The notes below the pieces were generated by a model that was given only the letters and a program-made list of their open reading frames with translations, made no database searches and was not told where the DNA came from. A stretch of 64,000 bases of DNA from Chloropicon primus (taxonomy: Eukaryota). The DNA is taken from positions 620,001 through 684,000 of the forward strand of contig CP060755.1 in assembly GCA_023205875.1 (NCBI GenBank). The letters run 5' to 3'. The position numbers were made by a program, and so were the translations under genes. Below, piece after piece: positions 10,173 to 21,990 of the stretch. Each line of letters begins with the position of its first letter. Within the stretch, counting starts at the first letter, position 1.

Positions 10173-12368
10173 TTAGTTTCTGCTTCTGCCTTTGAGCTTC
10201 CGCTTCAGAGATTCCACGGCTGCCGATAAATCGTGGCGGCCCGACTTGTTGCCGTCGGAGGCGGGGCCCGATCTTCCTCTGTCCGGGATCTTCTTCTTGG
10301 AGTGGAACTTCTTCACCAGGGTCTCTGGAAGCTGCTTGTACTGAGGCTCTGTCGGGTCAAGAGCGAATTCCTTGGAAGAGTACATCTTGGAAAATCTTGG
10401 ATCTTCGAGGTTCATCTCGAAGCCCTTGCCGCCGTTTTCAGAAGCAGCAGCTCCGCTGGACGACCTCCCCTTCTTCTTCTTGCTCTTTTTCTTCCTCGAA
10501 CCCTCCTCGTCCTCTTCATTGTCCTCCCCCATGCCATAAACCTTGTGGCCGCTCGACAAAGCCTTGAGGTGCGTGTCGCTTGTCAGGAGCAAATCCAGTT
10601 CCGCTTCGGCCTTTTGTGCCTCGTCCGATCTCCCCTGGTTCTTCTTCTTGCCCTTCTTCTTCCTTTCCTCCCTGGAGCCCGTGTCGTCGCCTGGTTCATC
10701 AAAAGTCTCCACGCCCTTGGGGTCGACCTCGTTAAAGAAGGGGTCATCAAAGGCATCGTCGTCGCCTTCCTCGTGTCCCTCCGTCTCTTCCTGTTCGACC
10801 TTCTTCTTCTTCATCATCTTCTTCTCCTTCTTCTCCTGCATCTTCTGTTCCCACACAGTGAGATCACCCTTGCCGGACTTGATCCTCTCGTGCTTTGCCT
10901 TGAGCTTCTCGCCCAGGTCATCGATCCCACTGTCAAAAGTCACAACCATGTCCACGTCCTTGTCCTCCTCAGCGACCCAATCTCTCGTGCCAAACACTTT
11001 GCCAGACTTTTTGCTCCGCCCATCGTCACCCAAGTTGAGCATGCTCCTGAACTTCGCGCGTCTCGTCTCCTCACTCTCCGATCCTGACTCCTCGCCCGAG
11101 GAGCTGTCGGAGGCCAAGTAGGCTTGGATGTCAGCGTCCATCACAGCATCATCCTTTTTGAACCTCTGGAACTGCTCCTTGAACGTGTTTCTCCTCTTCT
11201 TGTCCTCTTGGTCCCAGGTAAGGTTCACGTTCGTGTGCTGGATTGCCGAGTTGTAGAAGGTGCCGCCATCCAAAGGTGCGCTGTATCCGACGGGAACGTC
11301 ATGAGCCTCATCTCTGACCGGGCGGCCGTCTTCGACCCTGTCGTCCTCGGCCACGAACCTCAAATCGAATCTCGACGAGGAGCGATCAAACTCCAAGCCA
11401 TCGCAGGCGTCGTAGATGTACTTTGCAATCTTCTTGTCGCTGAATTCTGCGATGGCAAAGAAGTACCTCAGCTTGGACCTCTCGTAGGCGCGGAGGGCGT
11501 CCTTGTCGACCTCCTTGCCCGCGCTGTCGCTGTCGTCGGTGTCCGACCCTTCGTCGTCACTATTCGAGCTGCTCGCGCCTACCTTGCTCGTGAAGAACAC
11601 CCCGGGGCCCTGCTTGTCCTCGATTTTCATTCTCTCCATGCCGTAGTCCGATTTGTACACGGTAACCCTCTTCACCGACTCGGACACGCTCTGGTTGTGT
11701 CCCTGAGGGACAAACGAGCGCAGGACTGCGAGGATGTCGCATGCGGTAAAGTTGTCCCAGGCCAGATCCACCACAGCGACTCTTCGGGTCGCATCCTCCA
11801 GCTGGCAGCGCTCTCCTTCCACCAGCTTCTGGTACTCTGTATTCCCTTCGAGATCCACTTCCTCGAGCTCGTCGTCGTCCAAGTACCTTCCGGCAAAAGC
11901 ACCGATGCCGAAGCGCTCGACCGCCCTCAGCCGCTTCTTCTTGAACTCCTCCTCTTCGATGACGTCCTCGAAGCTGGAAGACCCGCTGTCGCTGAGATCC
12001 CCGTCGTCACTCTCGCTGCTCGTGGACGAGGCAGGCTCCTCCTCCACCACCACCGCTCCCTTCGCCTTCTCCCCCTTGGCATCGTCCCCGCCCTTCCCAC
12101 GCCTGTCCTGCCTCTCCCTCCCCCTCTTGTCCACCTTGAGCGCCGACGTGCCTACCGCAAACCTCTTGTCGTTCTTCAAGATGGTCGCAAACCTTGGGTC
12201 CTCCTCCATCCTCTCCTCCACCTCGACAAGGTCATCCTCTCTGCTCTTCGTCCTCGCCTTCTTCCCTTTCTTTCCAGGGAACCGCGCGAAGCGAGGGTCG
12301 AACCCAGCGGACGCGAACCTCTCGTCCACCCCCCCCGCCCCTCCCTTGCTCTTCCTCTTCCCCTTCAT
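10173..12368 (-). CDS. ESF1: pre-rRNA processing protein ESF1 (NUC153 domain)
   Basis: DPRF repeats, VDKRGR, TRRVAVVDLAWD, SDYGMERMKIE..QGP, LRAYERSKLRYFFAI, FDLRFV, LTWD, C-terminal DPRFSKMY...FALDPT. Confidence 0.93.
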   Translation of the reverse strand: MKGKRKSKGGAGGVDERFASAGFDPRFARFPGKKGKKARTKSREDDLVEVEERMEEDPRFATILKNDKRFAVGTSALKVDKRGRERQDRRGKGGDDAKGEKAKGAVVVEEEPASSTSSESDDGDLSDSGSSSFEDVIEEEEFKKKRLRAVERFGIGAFAGRYLDDDELEEVDLEGNTEYQKLVEGERCQLEDATRRVAVVDLAWDNFTACDILAVLRSFVPQGHNQSVSESVKRVTVYKSDYGMERMKIEDKQGPGVFFTSKVGASSSNSDDEGSDTDDSDSAGKEVDKDALRAYERSKLRYFFAIAEFSDKKIAKYIYDACDGLEFDRSSSRFDLRFVAEDDRVEDGRPVRDEAHDVPVGYSAPLDGGTFYNSAIQHTNVNLTWDQEDKKRRNTFKEQFQRFKKDDAVMDADIQAYLASDSSSGEESGSESEETRRAKFRSMLNLGDDGRSKKSGKVFGTRDWVAEEDKDVDMVVTFDSGIDDLGEKLKAKHERIKSGKGDLTVWEQKMQEKKEKKMMKKKKVEQEETEGHEEGDDDAFDDPFFNEVDPKGVETFDEPGDDTGSREERKKKGKKKNQGRSDEAQKAEAELDLLLTSDTHLKALSSGHKVYGMGEDNEEDEEGSRKKKSKKKKGRSSSGAAASENGGKGFEMNLEDPRFSKMYSSKEFALDPTEPQYKQLPETLVKKFHSKKKIPDRGRSGPASDGNKSGRHDLSAAVESLKRKLKGRSRN

Positions 12369-12851
12369 CCCCTCCCTCGCTCCTCTCTCTGCTCCCTCGA
12401 AGCAAAACAAGACCTTCAATCCTTCGTCCAATCCTCCCCAGTGCACCAAATCTTCCAAGAGAACGCTCAAACGAAAGAACTCGACACAAGCTTTCCCAAG
12501 GCGCGATCCCCCCTCTCCGCTCCCCCCTCCGTCGCCCCTAATCCTCCGCCAAAGTCAAAAAAGTTGCCTCCTCGAACTCCTGGAGCTTCTCTCGATCTCC
12601 AGCGCCGACTCTTGCAGACTTGGCAACAGGGAAGGGGTACGAAGGCTCCAAGGGAGCGGCTTGAGCGGCGCACGGGGAACGGGGGCGCGAGGGGGCGGCA
12701 AAGAGGTGGGAAGGAAGCGAAATATTATCTCACGAGCTTTCGGTAGACTGTTTGGTTAAAGGTTTTGGCTCACGGACGCGGTCTTGCCAAGGGGATTGGC
12801 ATTGGGTTCGAGTCGATTGAGTGGTTTGGGTTTAGGGATTGAGTGAGGAGC

Positions 12852-13250
12852 ATGGAGGGAGAGGAGGGGGAGGGGCCGAGGGGGAGGGGACTGGGTCGGG
12901 AGGAGGACGATCAGGACGACAACTTCGAGTACGGAGGAAAGAAAGGCAAGGCGGGTGCTATCTTTGTGCTGGAGAATGCCTCGCTGGAAGTCGGCAAAGT
13001 TGGTGAGTGGCTCGCTTGTGAACGATTCGTGCGTGGCCGGGGGACTGACGAATGATTGGCTCTTCTGCAGGAAAAACGATGACTCTTCTGAATTGTGACG
13101 ATCACGCCAATTTCTTGCGGAAGCACAGGAAGGACCCCGCTGATTACAGGCCTGACATTGCGCACCAGGTGGGTTGAAGGAACAGGGTCACGGCGGCGAC
13201 AACACTTTCGCGTTGCCCCCAAGGTCTCTTTCAACTCTGACACACTGGTT

Positions 13251-13288
<38 letters not shown>

Positions 13289-13788
13289 GCGTGTCTCAAT
13301 AGGCTCTTCTGGCCGTGCTGGACTCGCCACTGAACAAGGCTGGGTACATCAAAGCCGTCTACGTGAAGACGAAGAAGAACGTCCTGTTCGAGATAAGCCC
13401 GCAGGTGCGTATTCCCCGAACCTTCAAGCGATTCTGCGGGCTCATGTCCCAGCTGCTTCAGAAACTGAGCATCCGGTCCTCGAGCAGCCCCAAGAAACTG
13501 CTCAGGGTCATCAAGCAGCCCGTCACAAAGTACTTGCCGGTGACACACTGCAGGAGAATCGGGTTCTCCAGAAGCGCGGACAAGATTAGAAACCTGAAAG
13601 AGTTTGCCGACTCCGTGAACACGAAGACGGGCGAGACCTGCGTCTTTGCGGTTGGGGTCATGTCTCACGGAAAGATCGACACGCCTTGGGTGGATGAGAT
13701 GATTTCGATCTCTCAGTACCCTCTCAGCGCCGCCTGCTGCATATCAAAAATAACAAATGCTCTCGAAGGAAAGTTCAATGTCGTGTAG
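12852..13788 (+). CDS. EMG1: 18S rRNA pseudouridine methyltransferase NEP1/EMG1 (introns ~13003-13070, ~13169-13302)
   Basis: Spliced product IFVLENASLEVGKVG-KTMTLLNCDDH...RPDIAHQ-ALLAVLDSPLNKAG...RIPRTFKRFCGLM...YPLSAA, with canonical GT-AG introns. Confidence 0.95.
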
Positions 13789-13959
13789 GAATAAGCCCTC
13801 TGCTCTTGCCCTGTGTCCTTCCTTCTTCCCGGCGGCTCCTCCCGTAAGAATAAGAACGTCTAGACAGTATTTTACAACAAAACGAGAATGAATGAATGAA
13901 TGAATCAAGGCAATGGCCCTGCAAGTTTCGTTTCGTTTCGTTTCGTTTCCCTTCCCCCT

Positions 13960-15164
13960 TCACTGCTCTGGGATCATGCAGTTTCGCTTCAAGAACTCGT
14001 AGGCCAAGATCATGCTCGTGCCCCACAACGAGGACGCGGTCATTCTGGGAAAAAGGCCTCTGTAAAACCCCCAGAGGCCCTCCTTTTGGAAAAGGTGGGT
14101 CACCTCCTTGTAGGCGCTGGGCCTCTCCACCGCTTCCGCTGCTGCGCCGCCCACGGCTTCCGAGACCTTCCTGTTCGCGACTTGGAATCTCGTTTTGATG
14201 ACATCCAGGGGGGTGGTGACCAGGGACGTCGTGCAGCCGGCGCTCACGGCGCTCACGGCTTGGATCCCAATCAGTCGCCACCCCCCAGAAGGCGCGCCAC
14301 CTTTGTCTCCTTGGCCACCTTTCCCGAAAGAGTGGCTCTCTTGTTGCCCCGCTCCGCCGAGCAGCTTCCAGTACTGCTCCTTGTAGATGCTGTAGGACCC
14401 CCACCATATTGCACTCCCCGGCACAAACAGGCCGACTGACATCCAGTATCCCCTGTAAAACCCCCTGAGCCCCTCGTTTCTGAAGATGGTCCGTACCTTG
14501 TGTTTCCCAGAGAGAGAGAGGGAGAGGGAGAGAGAGAGAGGCAAAAGAACAAGCAGAGAAAGAAAGTCAGTCGAGTCAGGAAAGTCCCACGCGATCGATT
14601 CGTCGTCTGGCCTTCGCCGAATCTCACCTTCTCCCCCAAACCTATCCGGTTCCGCGACACCATTTGCTGCTGCGAGATCACGTCCACGGGGACGAAGATG
14701 GTCTGCGAGGCGAGGCTCGCGCAGGCTCCGCTCAGGAAGCTGCTGAACGCCACGACCTTGGTCTGATCGAGCTGCGTGTTTGCGAAAAGAACCTTCTTCA
14801 TCCGAGACTTGACCGACTCTAGCGTGCTGAGGTACACGAGCCTGGCGGGAAGGAAGCCCGTGACCACGGTGGGGAACCCCCTGTAGAGGCCAAGCACCCC
14901 CTCCTTCGACACCACCGACCTCACTGCCTTGGCAGTCGCCCGTATCCCTACATTCCCTCCCCCCCCCTGCGCGTCCAGCGTCATCATCCTCGTCTTGATC
15001 ACGGACAATGGAAACAGGCAGGTCGTTATCCCGGTGAACACCCCGGTGCCCACCAAGAAAAACCGTCCCTTGTCGATCCTCTCCCACTCAATGTCCGGCG
15101 ACTGCTGCGGCACCGAAGACAACGGAACCGAACTCCGAGGATTCCCAGCCGCCATCACGTTCAT
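13960..15164 (-). CDS. mitochondrial carrier family protein (SLC25A44-like; intron ~14497-14627)
   Basis: Three PX[D/E]XX[K/R]-type repeats (PLSVIKTR, PVDVISQQ, PLDVIKTR), EG..G.YRG motifs, N-terminal DIEWERIDKGRFF. Confidence 0.9.
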
Positions 15165-15970
15165 CGCCTCACAACCTCTACCTACCCACACCAACCAGCA
15201 ATCCTCGAACTCTTCCCTCCACCAAACGCTTCACCGCACCAAATCTTTCAAGCGACGGGTCATAGGAAAGACCGCGACCGTGCGTTTCACCCTGTGTACC
15301 TCTCTCTCCGCCCTTCGTCCCCGTTCCGTCCCGAAACTCGCTCCGAAACTTGCTCCCAAAACCCCTTCTGCCTCCAGAGCGACTGGACGAGCAGCACAAT
15401 GGAGGAGAGAGAACGCACCACACGTAGTCGCGGATTCCCGAGTAAGAGCGAGGGACGGATCCGAGGGCGATGGAAGAGGAGAAAGGAAAGTTTTCGTCCG
15501 TTCCAAGACAAGACAAGCGTCGCTTTGGTTGCAACTGGAGTTCTCTTGCAGTTCCTCCTCCCTTCGATCGATGCCTTTGTTGCAACTGAATACGGTATTC
15601 CCGCCGCTCCTCTTGTCCTCGTCCTGTAGTCTTGCCTTGGTTGGGGCGGCGGGGGAGAGGAAGAGAGAGCATCGAGAGAGTGGCAAGGCGTAAACTTGCC
15701 AAAACTTGGTCACTTCTTCTCCGGCCAGCCGTCGCTGTTCTTTGAACCGAACCGAAATCCGTGTGCTGTCCACGTCTTGTCCTCGTCCATCGTCTTGGTC
15801 CTGCCCTTGGAGAAGAAACTCAGAAACTGACGTCCACGGACCGACGTCATCGATCGACGAAAAGATCCCATTTGAATTGTCTGAAAGCCTCCTCTTCTCC
15901 TCCTCTGTCCTGCTCTTCTCCTCTCTCTCTCTCTTCCTGCCTTACTGGTTGACAACTGGAAGGAGGCACG

Positions 15971-16320
15971 ATGGCGCCTTTCGCAACGATGACTTCCGCC
16001 GTGGCGGAGACCGTGAGTGAGGCGAGCCTTCCAAGCGATTGGTCCAAGAAGCCGACCAAGGCCGAGCAGGAGGCCAAGAGGAAGGCGTGCTTGGATGCGG
16101 CGAAGAACGACCTCAAGGCGCCACGAAGGGAATACATCTTCAGGTGGGTTTGGGTTTGAGGTTGGGTTTGGGGTTGGGTTGGGCGCGCGTGGAAGGGGGG
16201 ACTGGGACGGGGCACCGCCGAGAGGTCCTCCTGTCGGAGTTTGATGTGGCTGACACCGTGAGCTTTTGCTTTCTTCTTCCGCCCCCGTCACTTGTTTTGT
16301 TTTGATTTGTTTTGATTTGA

Positions 16321-16352
<32 letters not shown>

Positions 16353-17373
16353 CAGCTTCCCGAAAGGGGGCTTCCTCGACAGATACGTCGACGGCTGCTT
16401 GAACGACCCGAGGGACAAGCCGCTGTTCAACATGCTGATGAACACGTGCTGCGTGTCGATACCGCTGCTGGTCGGGCTCTTCGCGTTCGCGCCCAACAAC
16501 AAGTGGGGACACCTCATGGGTCTGGGGTACTTCCTGACTCACTACGTCTTGTTCCTGCACTCGTACATCCTGGCTTTGCACTACTCGTCCCACAGGAGGC
16601 TGATGAAGAAGGGCTGCAGCTTGGAGTGGTTCAACCTGATGGCTCCGTACATCCTTTGCCCCATGTTCGGCATCCCGAGCGGGATGTACTACCTGCACCA
16701 CATCGTGATGCACCACTGCCACGACAACTGCATCCCTTACGACATGTCCTCCACCGAGCCGTACCAGAGGGACAACCTCCTGCACTTTGCGGTGTACTGG
16801 TTGAAGTTCTGGACGACCATCTTCTTCGAGCTCCCGCGCTTTGCGTTCAGGGTGAAGCTCTACAGGCTGTCCTTCATGAGCGTCGTCTACCAGTCTCTGT
16901 ACTTCACGTACGTCTACAAGACCTTCAGGTACAACCCGGTGGTCTGCATCTGGGGCATTCTCGTGCCCTTCATGTTCACCCAGTTCATGCTGGCGTACGG
17001 CAACTTCGGGCAGCACCAGTTCGTGGAGCCCGGCAAGCCGAGCAACTACAGGAGCACCTTCAACTGCCTCGATTGCTTTGACAACACCAAGTCCTTCTTG
17101 GACGGCTACCACGTGCTGCATCACAACAACTCGAGGCTCCACTGGTCCATGTTCCCGGAAACCTTCATGAAACAGGTGGACAAGATGAATGAGGAGAAGG
17201 CGCTTTCCTTTGTTAAAATAGGGTTTTTCGAGGCATCTTTGCTCATCTACCGCGGGAAGCTGGACGTTCTCGCCGACAAGGCCGTGACGCCGTGGGACGC
17301 CAGCAAGCAGGAGCTCATCGACATCATGAAGGCGAGGCTCAAGCCTATCAAGAGGGACACGAAGATCGACTGA
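15971..17373 (+). CDS. membrane fatty-acid desaturase/hydroxylase-like protein with His boxes (intron 16144-16355)
   Basis: His boxes HYSSH, HHIVMHH, QHQF and DGYHVLHH, plus hydrophobic segments. The intron joins REYIFS-FPKGG in frame. Confidence 0.8.
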
Positions 17374-17494
17374 TCAAAGACAAAGACTGCTTTTTTTTTT
17401 GATTTTTTCCTCCACTAAATATGTTATTTGTAGTAATAGTAATATAAATACACAAAAAAGAAACTGTTCTCGATCCTCCTCCCTAAACCCTCCC

Positions 17495-19900
17495 TCACCG
17501 CCTCGTGTTCTTCACGATCCCCCTCGCTTTCGGAAACTCCTGCATGACGCTCTTCTTTCGACTCGCGTTCTGCTCCTTCAAGTTGGTCGCATCTCGGAGG
17601 TCCAGCTGCACGCTGGAGCGACGGGCTTTGGACCTGCTCGCTTTCGAGGCTTGGGAGGGCGCCGCTGCCGCTACACTTGCTCTTCTGGTCGCGCTCGAGG
17701 GCCTCCTCACGCTCGAGGGGCGCCTCTTGTCGCCCTGGTACTGGCCCCCCATGTCTTGAATCCCCCTGGACGCGTCCTGAACCTCACTGAAGTTCTCCTT
17801 GTAGCTGAAGTAAACGTTCTGGAGCTTTTCGGACAGGCCAGACATCACCGAGGAGCTGTTGTACGCGTGGTTCTCGAAGGGAAAGCTGCTCCCCTGGTCC
17901 GAGCGATCGTCTCCCTCGTACAGAGAGTTCTCCCTCGTCGCCCTCAAGGCGTTCCCGCTGTACTGGGACCCCGCGATGATCCACGTCTCCTCTTCCTCGT
18001 CCCACTCCGAGTGGTCCACTATGCGTTGCTGGTGCTCTGGGGGAATGTAGCTCGCGATCGTCAAGTCCTTCAATTTCAGTTGCTGCGTCAGCACCCGGAT
18101 GTTGTCCAGCAGGTCCTCCCTCTCCTGCTGCACTTCTTCCTGCAGGTCCTCGAGCTCGTCCTTAGCCTGCCTATACAGCGTGACCATCCGCTTGATTTTT
18201 CTGGTCTTGATCTCGAGCTCATCCTGAACGTTGGCGTACTGCTCATCAATCGCTTTCTGCATGTCTTCAAGCTCGTTGATCCTCTTTTGCTGCTCAGTCT
18301 CGTGCTCGATATGCTTCTTGTACTCTTGCTGCTGCTCGTTCATGACCTTTTCGAGCTCTTCTTGCTTCTCCACGAGATTCACGTCACCGTGAATCACTTT
18401 GCTCTCCATGGCCTTGAGCCTCTTTTCCATGTTCTCCTTCTCGATCTGTTCTTTCTGAAGATCGTTCGCGTACGCATCGAGCTCTTCCTTCTGCTGCTGC
18501 AGCTGGCGCTGGATCTTCGCCTTCTCCTCCTCGGTTTGGGCCTTGCTCTTGGAAATTTCTTCGATCTCTTGCTGCGCCTTTGCTTCCAGCTCCTTCCTCG
18601 CCTTGGACGAGATGTCTGCCACCAGTTTGGACTTGATCGAGTCTCTCATCTGGGACCGCATCTGCTCCTTGAGCTCCGCGAGGTTTGGGGACCCCGGGCC
18701 GCCCGGGCTTCCTCCAGGCCCACCAGGACCCACGCCCTTGCCCGCCAGCTGGGCCTTGAGCCTCGCGATCTCCTCCTGGAACTCCCGAAGCATGGCGTCC
18801 TTTGGATCCTCGTTGATCTTCGGCTTGTTCTTGATGTTCTTGGCGCGGTTGGCGTACCTCAGCGTGGACAGGGTCTCTTCGAAGTTCATGTCAGCTGGCC
18901 CGACGTTCGCGATCATGAGCGTCTTTGTGTTTCCGCCAAGGGAGTCCTGAAGCATTCTCGTGAGCTTGGAGTCTCGGTAAGGGATGTGCCCTCCCTTCCC
19001 ATCCACGAGGGCGCTGATCACGTTGCCCAACGCGCTCAGGGAGAGATTGATTTTTGTTGCCTCTTTCAGACGGTCCCCCGTGGCGCCGGTCTTCGACTGC
19101 CTCTCCGAGCCAGCGAGATCGACCAGATTGAGCTTCCCGACGCGGATCGTTGCCGCGGACTCCTTGTTCTCCATTCCGGGCGAAGCTTGCCCAGTCGTGG
19201 GGGCCGCAATAGTAGAGCTCTCGATGGTTATCATGAAGATAGCGTGACTCCTTGAAGAGTCCTGGTTCATCAGCGTCTCGCCCACAGTCCTGTTCCTCTT
19301 TCCGACGGTGATCACGTTCAGAATTTCCTTCACCCCCTTGACCACAAACGCGGTCAGGCCTTTGACATACACGCCCTTCTCGGGATTCTCTTTCAACTCC
19401 AAGCGGTTCTGTGGGTTCTTGGAAAGCAAGTCCCTGATCTCCTCGTTGTAGATCTCTATGTACGACGCCCTCACCAGGAACTCCGTTGTGTTGTTGCTCC
19501 TCGCGATCTCCTCAAAGATGTGGCAGCAAGAGTTTGGTATGATGCCACGCAACTCCGGCGGGTCGTCCTTCCCTTCCATGGTGTGGGACTTTCCCGTGCC
19601 CGTTTGTCCATACGCAAAGATGGTCCCGTTGTAACCGTCGATACTGGACTGGACGATAGGCTTCGCCGTGTTCTGGTAGATCTGCGACTGGGTGCTCGAC
19701 TCGTCGTACACCTGGTCGAACGTGAAAGTCTTCACAACAGGAGACTTTTGGTCCTTCTTCATCCCTTTGATAGTAATCTGACCCGACTTGCCATCCACCT
19801 GCACAGCTTTTTTCCTCTTCGCGTTGGTCTCCTTCGTGCTCAGTGGTCGGCAACGCACCACTACCTTGACGCACTCGGAGTTCTTCGCCGCTTCCACCAT
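17495..19900 (-). CDS. kinesin-2 motor subunit (KIF3 / FLA10-FLA8 family, anterograde IFT)
   Basis: [21 protein letters not shown]-loop, [17 protein letters not shown], neck [22 protein letters not shown], coiled coil and kinesin-2 tail (FPKARG). Paralog not resolved. Confidence 0.92.
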   Translation of the reverse strand: MVEAAKNSECVKVVVRCRPLSTKETNAKRKKAVQVDGKSGQITIKGMKKDQKSPVVKTFTFDQVYDESSTQSQIYQNTAKPIVQSSIDGYNGTIFAYGQTGTGKSHTMEGKDDPPELRGIIPNSCCHIFEEIARSNNTTEFLVRASYIEIYNEEIRDLLSKNPQNRLELKENPEKGVYVKGLTAFVVKGVKEILNVITVGKRNRTVGETLMNQDSSRSHAIFMITIESSTIAAPTTGQASPGMENKESAATIRVGKLNLVDLAGSERQSKTGATGDRLKEATKINLSLSALGNVISALVDGKGGHIPYRDSKLTRMLQDSLGGNTKTLMIANVGPADMNFEETLSTLRYANRAKNIKNKPKINEDPKDAMLREFQEEIARLKAQLAGKGVGPGGPGGSPGGPGSPNLAELKEQMRSQMRDSIKSKLVADISSKARKELEAKAQQEIEEISKSKAQTEEEKAKIQRQLQQQKEELDAYANDLQKEQIEKENMEKRLKAMESKVIHGDVNLVEKQEELEKVMNEQQQEYKKHIEHETEQQKRINELEDMQKAIDEQYANVQDELEIKTRKIKRMVTLYRQAKDELEDLQEEVQQEREDLLDNIRVLTQQLKLKDLTIASYIPPEHQQRIVDHSEWDEEEETWIIAGSQYSGNALRATRENSLYEGDDRSDQGSSFPFENHAYNSSSVMSGLSEKLQNVYFSYKENFSEVQDASRGIQDMGGQYQGDKRRPSSVRRPSSATRRASVAAAAPSQASKASRSKARRSSVQLDLRDATNLKEQNASRKKSVMQEFPKARGIVKNTRR

Positions 19901-20209
19901 CTTGTCCTCCTCGAGCACCTCAAGCCCTCTCCCCTCTCCCCTCTCTCCCTCGTCCTCCACCTCTTCTCGTGGCCCTCAATGCCTCACCAGAGCGTCGTTT
20001 CCTTCGACCGAGGGGTCTGCAGAAAGAGCAAGAGACGGTGCTTCGAATTCCACGCTCTCCTTTCTTTCCCTCTCCCTCCCTTTCCCTCAATCTTTCGCCT
20101 CTTTCGGCCTCCTCTCTCTCGGCGTCCTCTCCGCTCCCTTCGCTTTCGTATTGTTCTATTCAAATTTGAAACGAAAGCGACAGTTCTTGAGCTGAGAAGA
20201 GCGCAAGAG

Positions 20210-20245
<36 letters not shown>

Positions 20246-20614
20246 AGGGACTGTCAGGCTGAGGAGGGCAACGTCCATATCCATATCCATATCCATATCC
20301 ATCCACCAACTTCTTCTTGTGTCCCATTCATTCACTTTCATCTTGGGCACCAAACCATCTTGGGTACCATAGCAGAGAAGCGTTGACGAGTGAGTGAGTG
20401 AGTGAGTGAGAGAGAGAGAGGCGAAGGCGGAGAGGGAAGGAGAAAAGGGGTGTTCTCGTTCCCTTCTTCTTGCGTTGCCTTTGTTCGTGCAAAAGAACTT
20501 TGGAGCCTGAAGGTTTGTCTGCTTGTCAGGTAGAGGTTGGAGAGGTTAGAGAGACGCGGCCTGAGAGGAACAACTTCATCTTCATCTTTGTTCTCGTTCA
20601 TCTCTTGGTGAAGG

Positions 20615-21922
20615 ATGGAAAGGAAAGGGAGGGAAAGTGCAGGAGTCTCCGGGATGTCCCTGGAGGCGCTTGAGGCTCTGAACAATGAGCTGGAGCAGAG
20701 GGCGGCCACGAGCGTGGCAGCAGCGGAGCAGGCGTTGCGAGCCGTGCAACACAAGGAGGAGGACATCGCACAGAACGCGGAAAAGCTTGTGCAAGCGGCC
20801 GCGAAGAGGGCAACCAAGAGCGAGACCCCTCTGTCAAGGGCGAAGATGCAGGGGAAGGAGAACAAAGTTGTCGAGGATGAGTTCGAGCCGCGGGTCAGGA
20901 GCCAGGTGTCAAGGCCAAGCAGTGCGAGGCGCAAACCGCAGGAGGAGCTTCAACAGAAGCAGGCTCTGAAGACACCACCCGGCTCCTCGATTTCCAAGGC
21001 AGGCAAGGAGGGGACGCCTTCCAGTATCTCTTCGAGGTCAGGCGGCGTCACTCCTCACTCCTCTCGCGATAAGGATTCCCCAACGTTGTCCTCTCTTCCC
21101 AGCGACTTCGACCTGCCATCCCGGCCCGACGCGCAAGTGAGGCTATACAAGGCGAGGATCAAGGCCCTGGAGGCGGACCTTCAGGCGCAAGAGGTAAGCT
21201 TGTCCTTCTCCATCCATTCCCCTCACCATTGGGCCGGTGTTTTCTGACCGACCACCCCACCTTTGTGTTCCTCGTTACATGGTTGCTTCCCTCGAAGACT
21301 GTTTTGAGCCAGCGCACGAAGGAGCTGAACCAGAAAGAAGTTTTGGTCAAGCAGCTGAAAGGGAACCAGGCCAAGTTAGAGAAAGAGAACCGTGCGATGA
21401 GATCCGCGATCGAAAAGTATCAAAAGTCCCAGCAGGTTCTCAAGGGCGAGCTCGAGGAGAAGGACAACCTTCTCGAGGAAGCCACGAGGCACGGGGACAA
21501 GGCCTCCAGGGAGAAGCAGAAGATGGAGAAGGACATGAAGAGCAGAGAGGTTCGCATGCAGCGAGCTATCGAGGAGATCGATCGCTACAAGTCCATGGTG
21601 GACGAGATGAAGTCCCTGGAGAAGGACAGAAGGTGCGAACGGAAGCCACTTCATCGCGGCCCTCACGGTCGGTCTCCTTTTACTGACTCCTTCCTCACTC
21701 CCCGTCAACGCAAGGTACGTCAACCGGGAGGATCACTTGAGGCTCGTGCAAGAGAAGACAAAACTCGAGAAGCAGAAGAACGAATTGCTTTCCGTTTTCA
21801 AGAAGCAAGCCAAGCTTGTGGATGTCCTGAAGAAGCAAAAGATTCACCTGGAAGCGGCCACGGCTTTGAAATTTTCAGAATCCGAGTTCCTCCGCACCCT
21901 CGACGGCGTCGGTGGCCATTAA
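20615..21922 (+). CDS. TEX9: TEX9-like coiled-coil centriolar/basal-body protein (introns ~21194-21297, ~21633-21714)
   Basis: DAQVRLYKARIKALE and C-terminal LEKQKNELLSVFKKQAKLVDVLKKQKIHLEAA..LKFSESEF match my recollection of TEX9. Both introns splice in frame. Confidence 0.8.
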
Positions 21923-21990
21923 CCACCTTGTGTAATACGACGACGACAACGACGACGACTGCTCTCCGTTCCGTGTCGGCGACAGAGACG

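Noticed and set aside
12775..12820. GGTTCGAGTC resembling a tRNA T-loop / Pol III B-box
   Set aside because: The flanks do not form a T-stem or acceptor stem, and there is no cloverleaf.
15178..15952. Several 60-190 aa ORFs between the mitochondrial carrier and the desaturase
   Set aside because: Low-complexity promoter/UTR-type sequence with no consistent coding signal.
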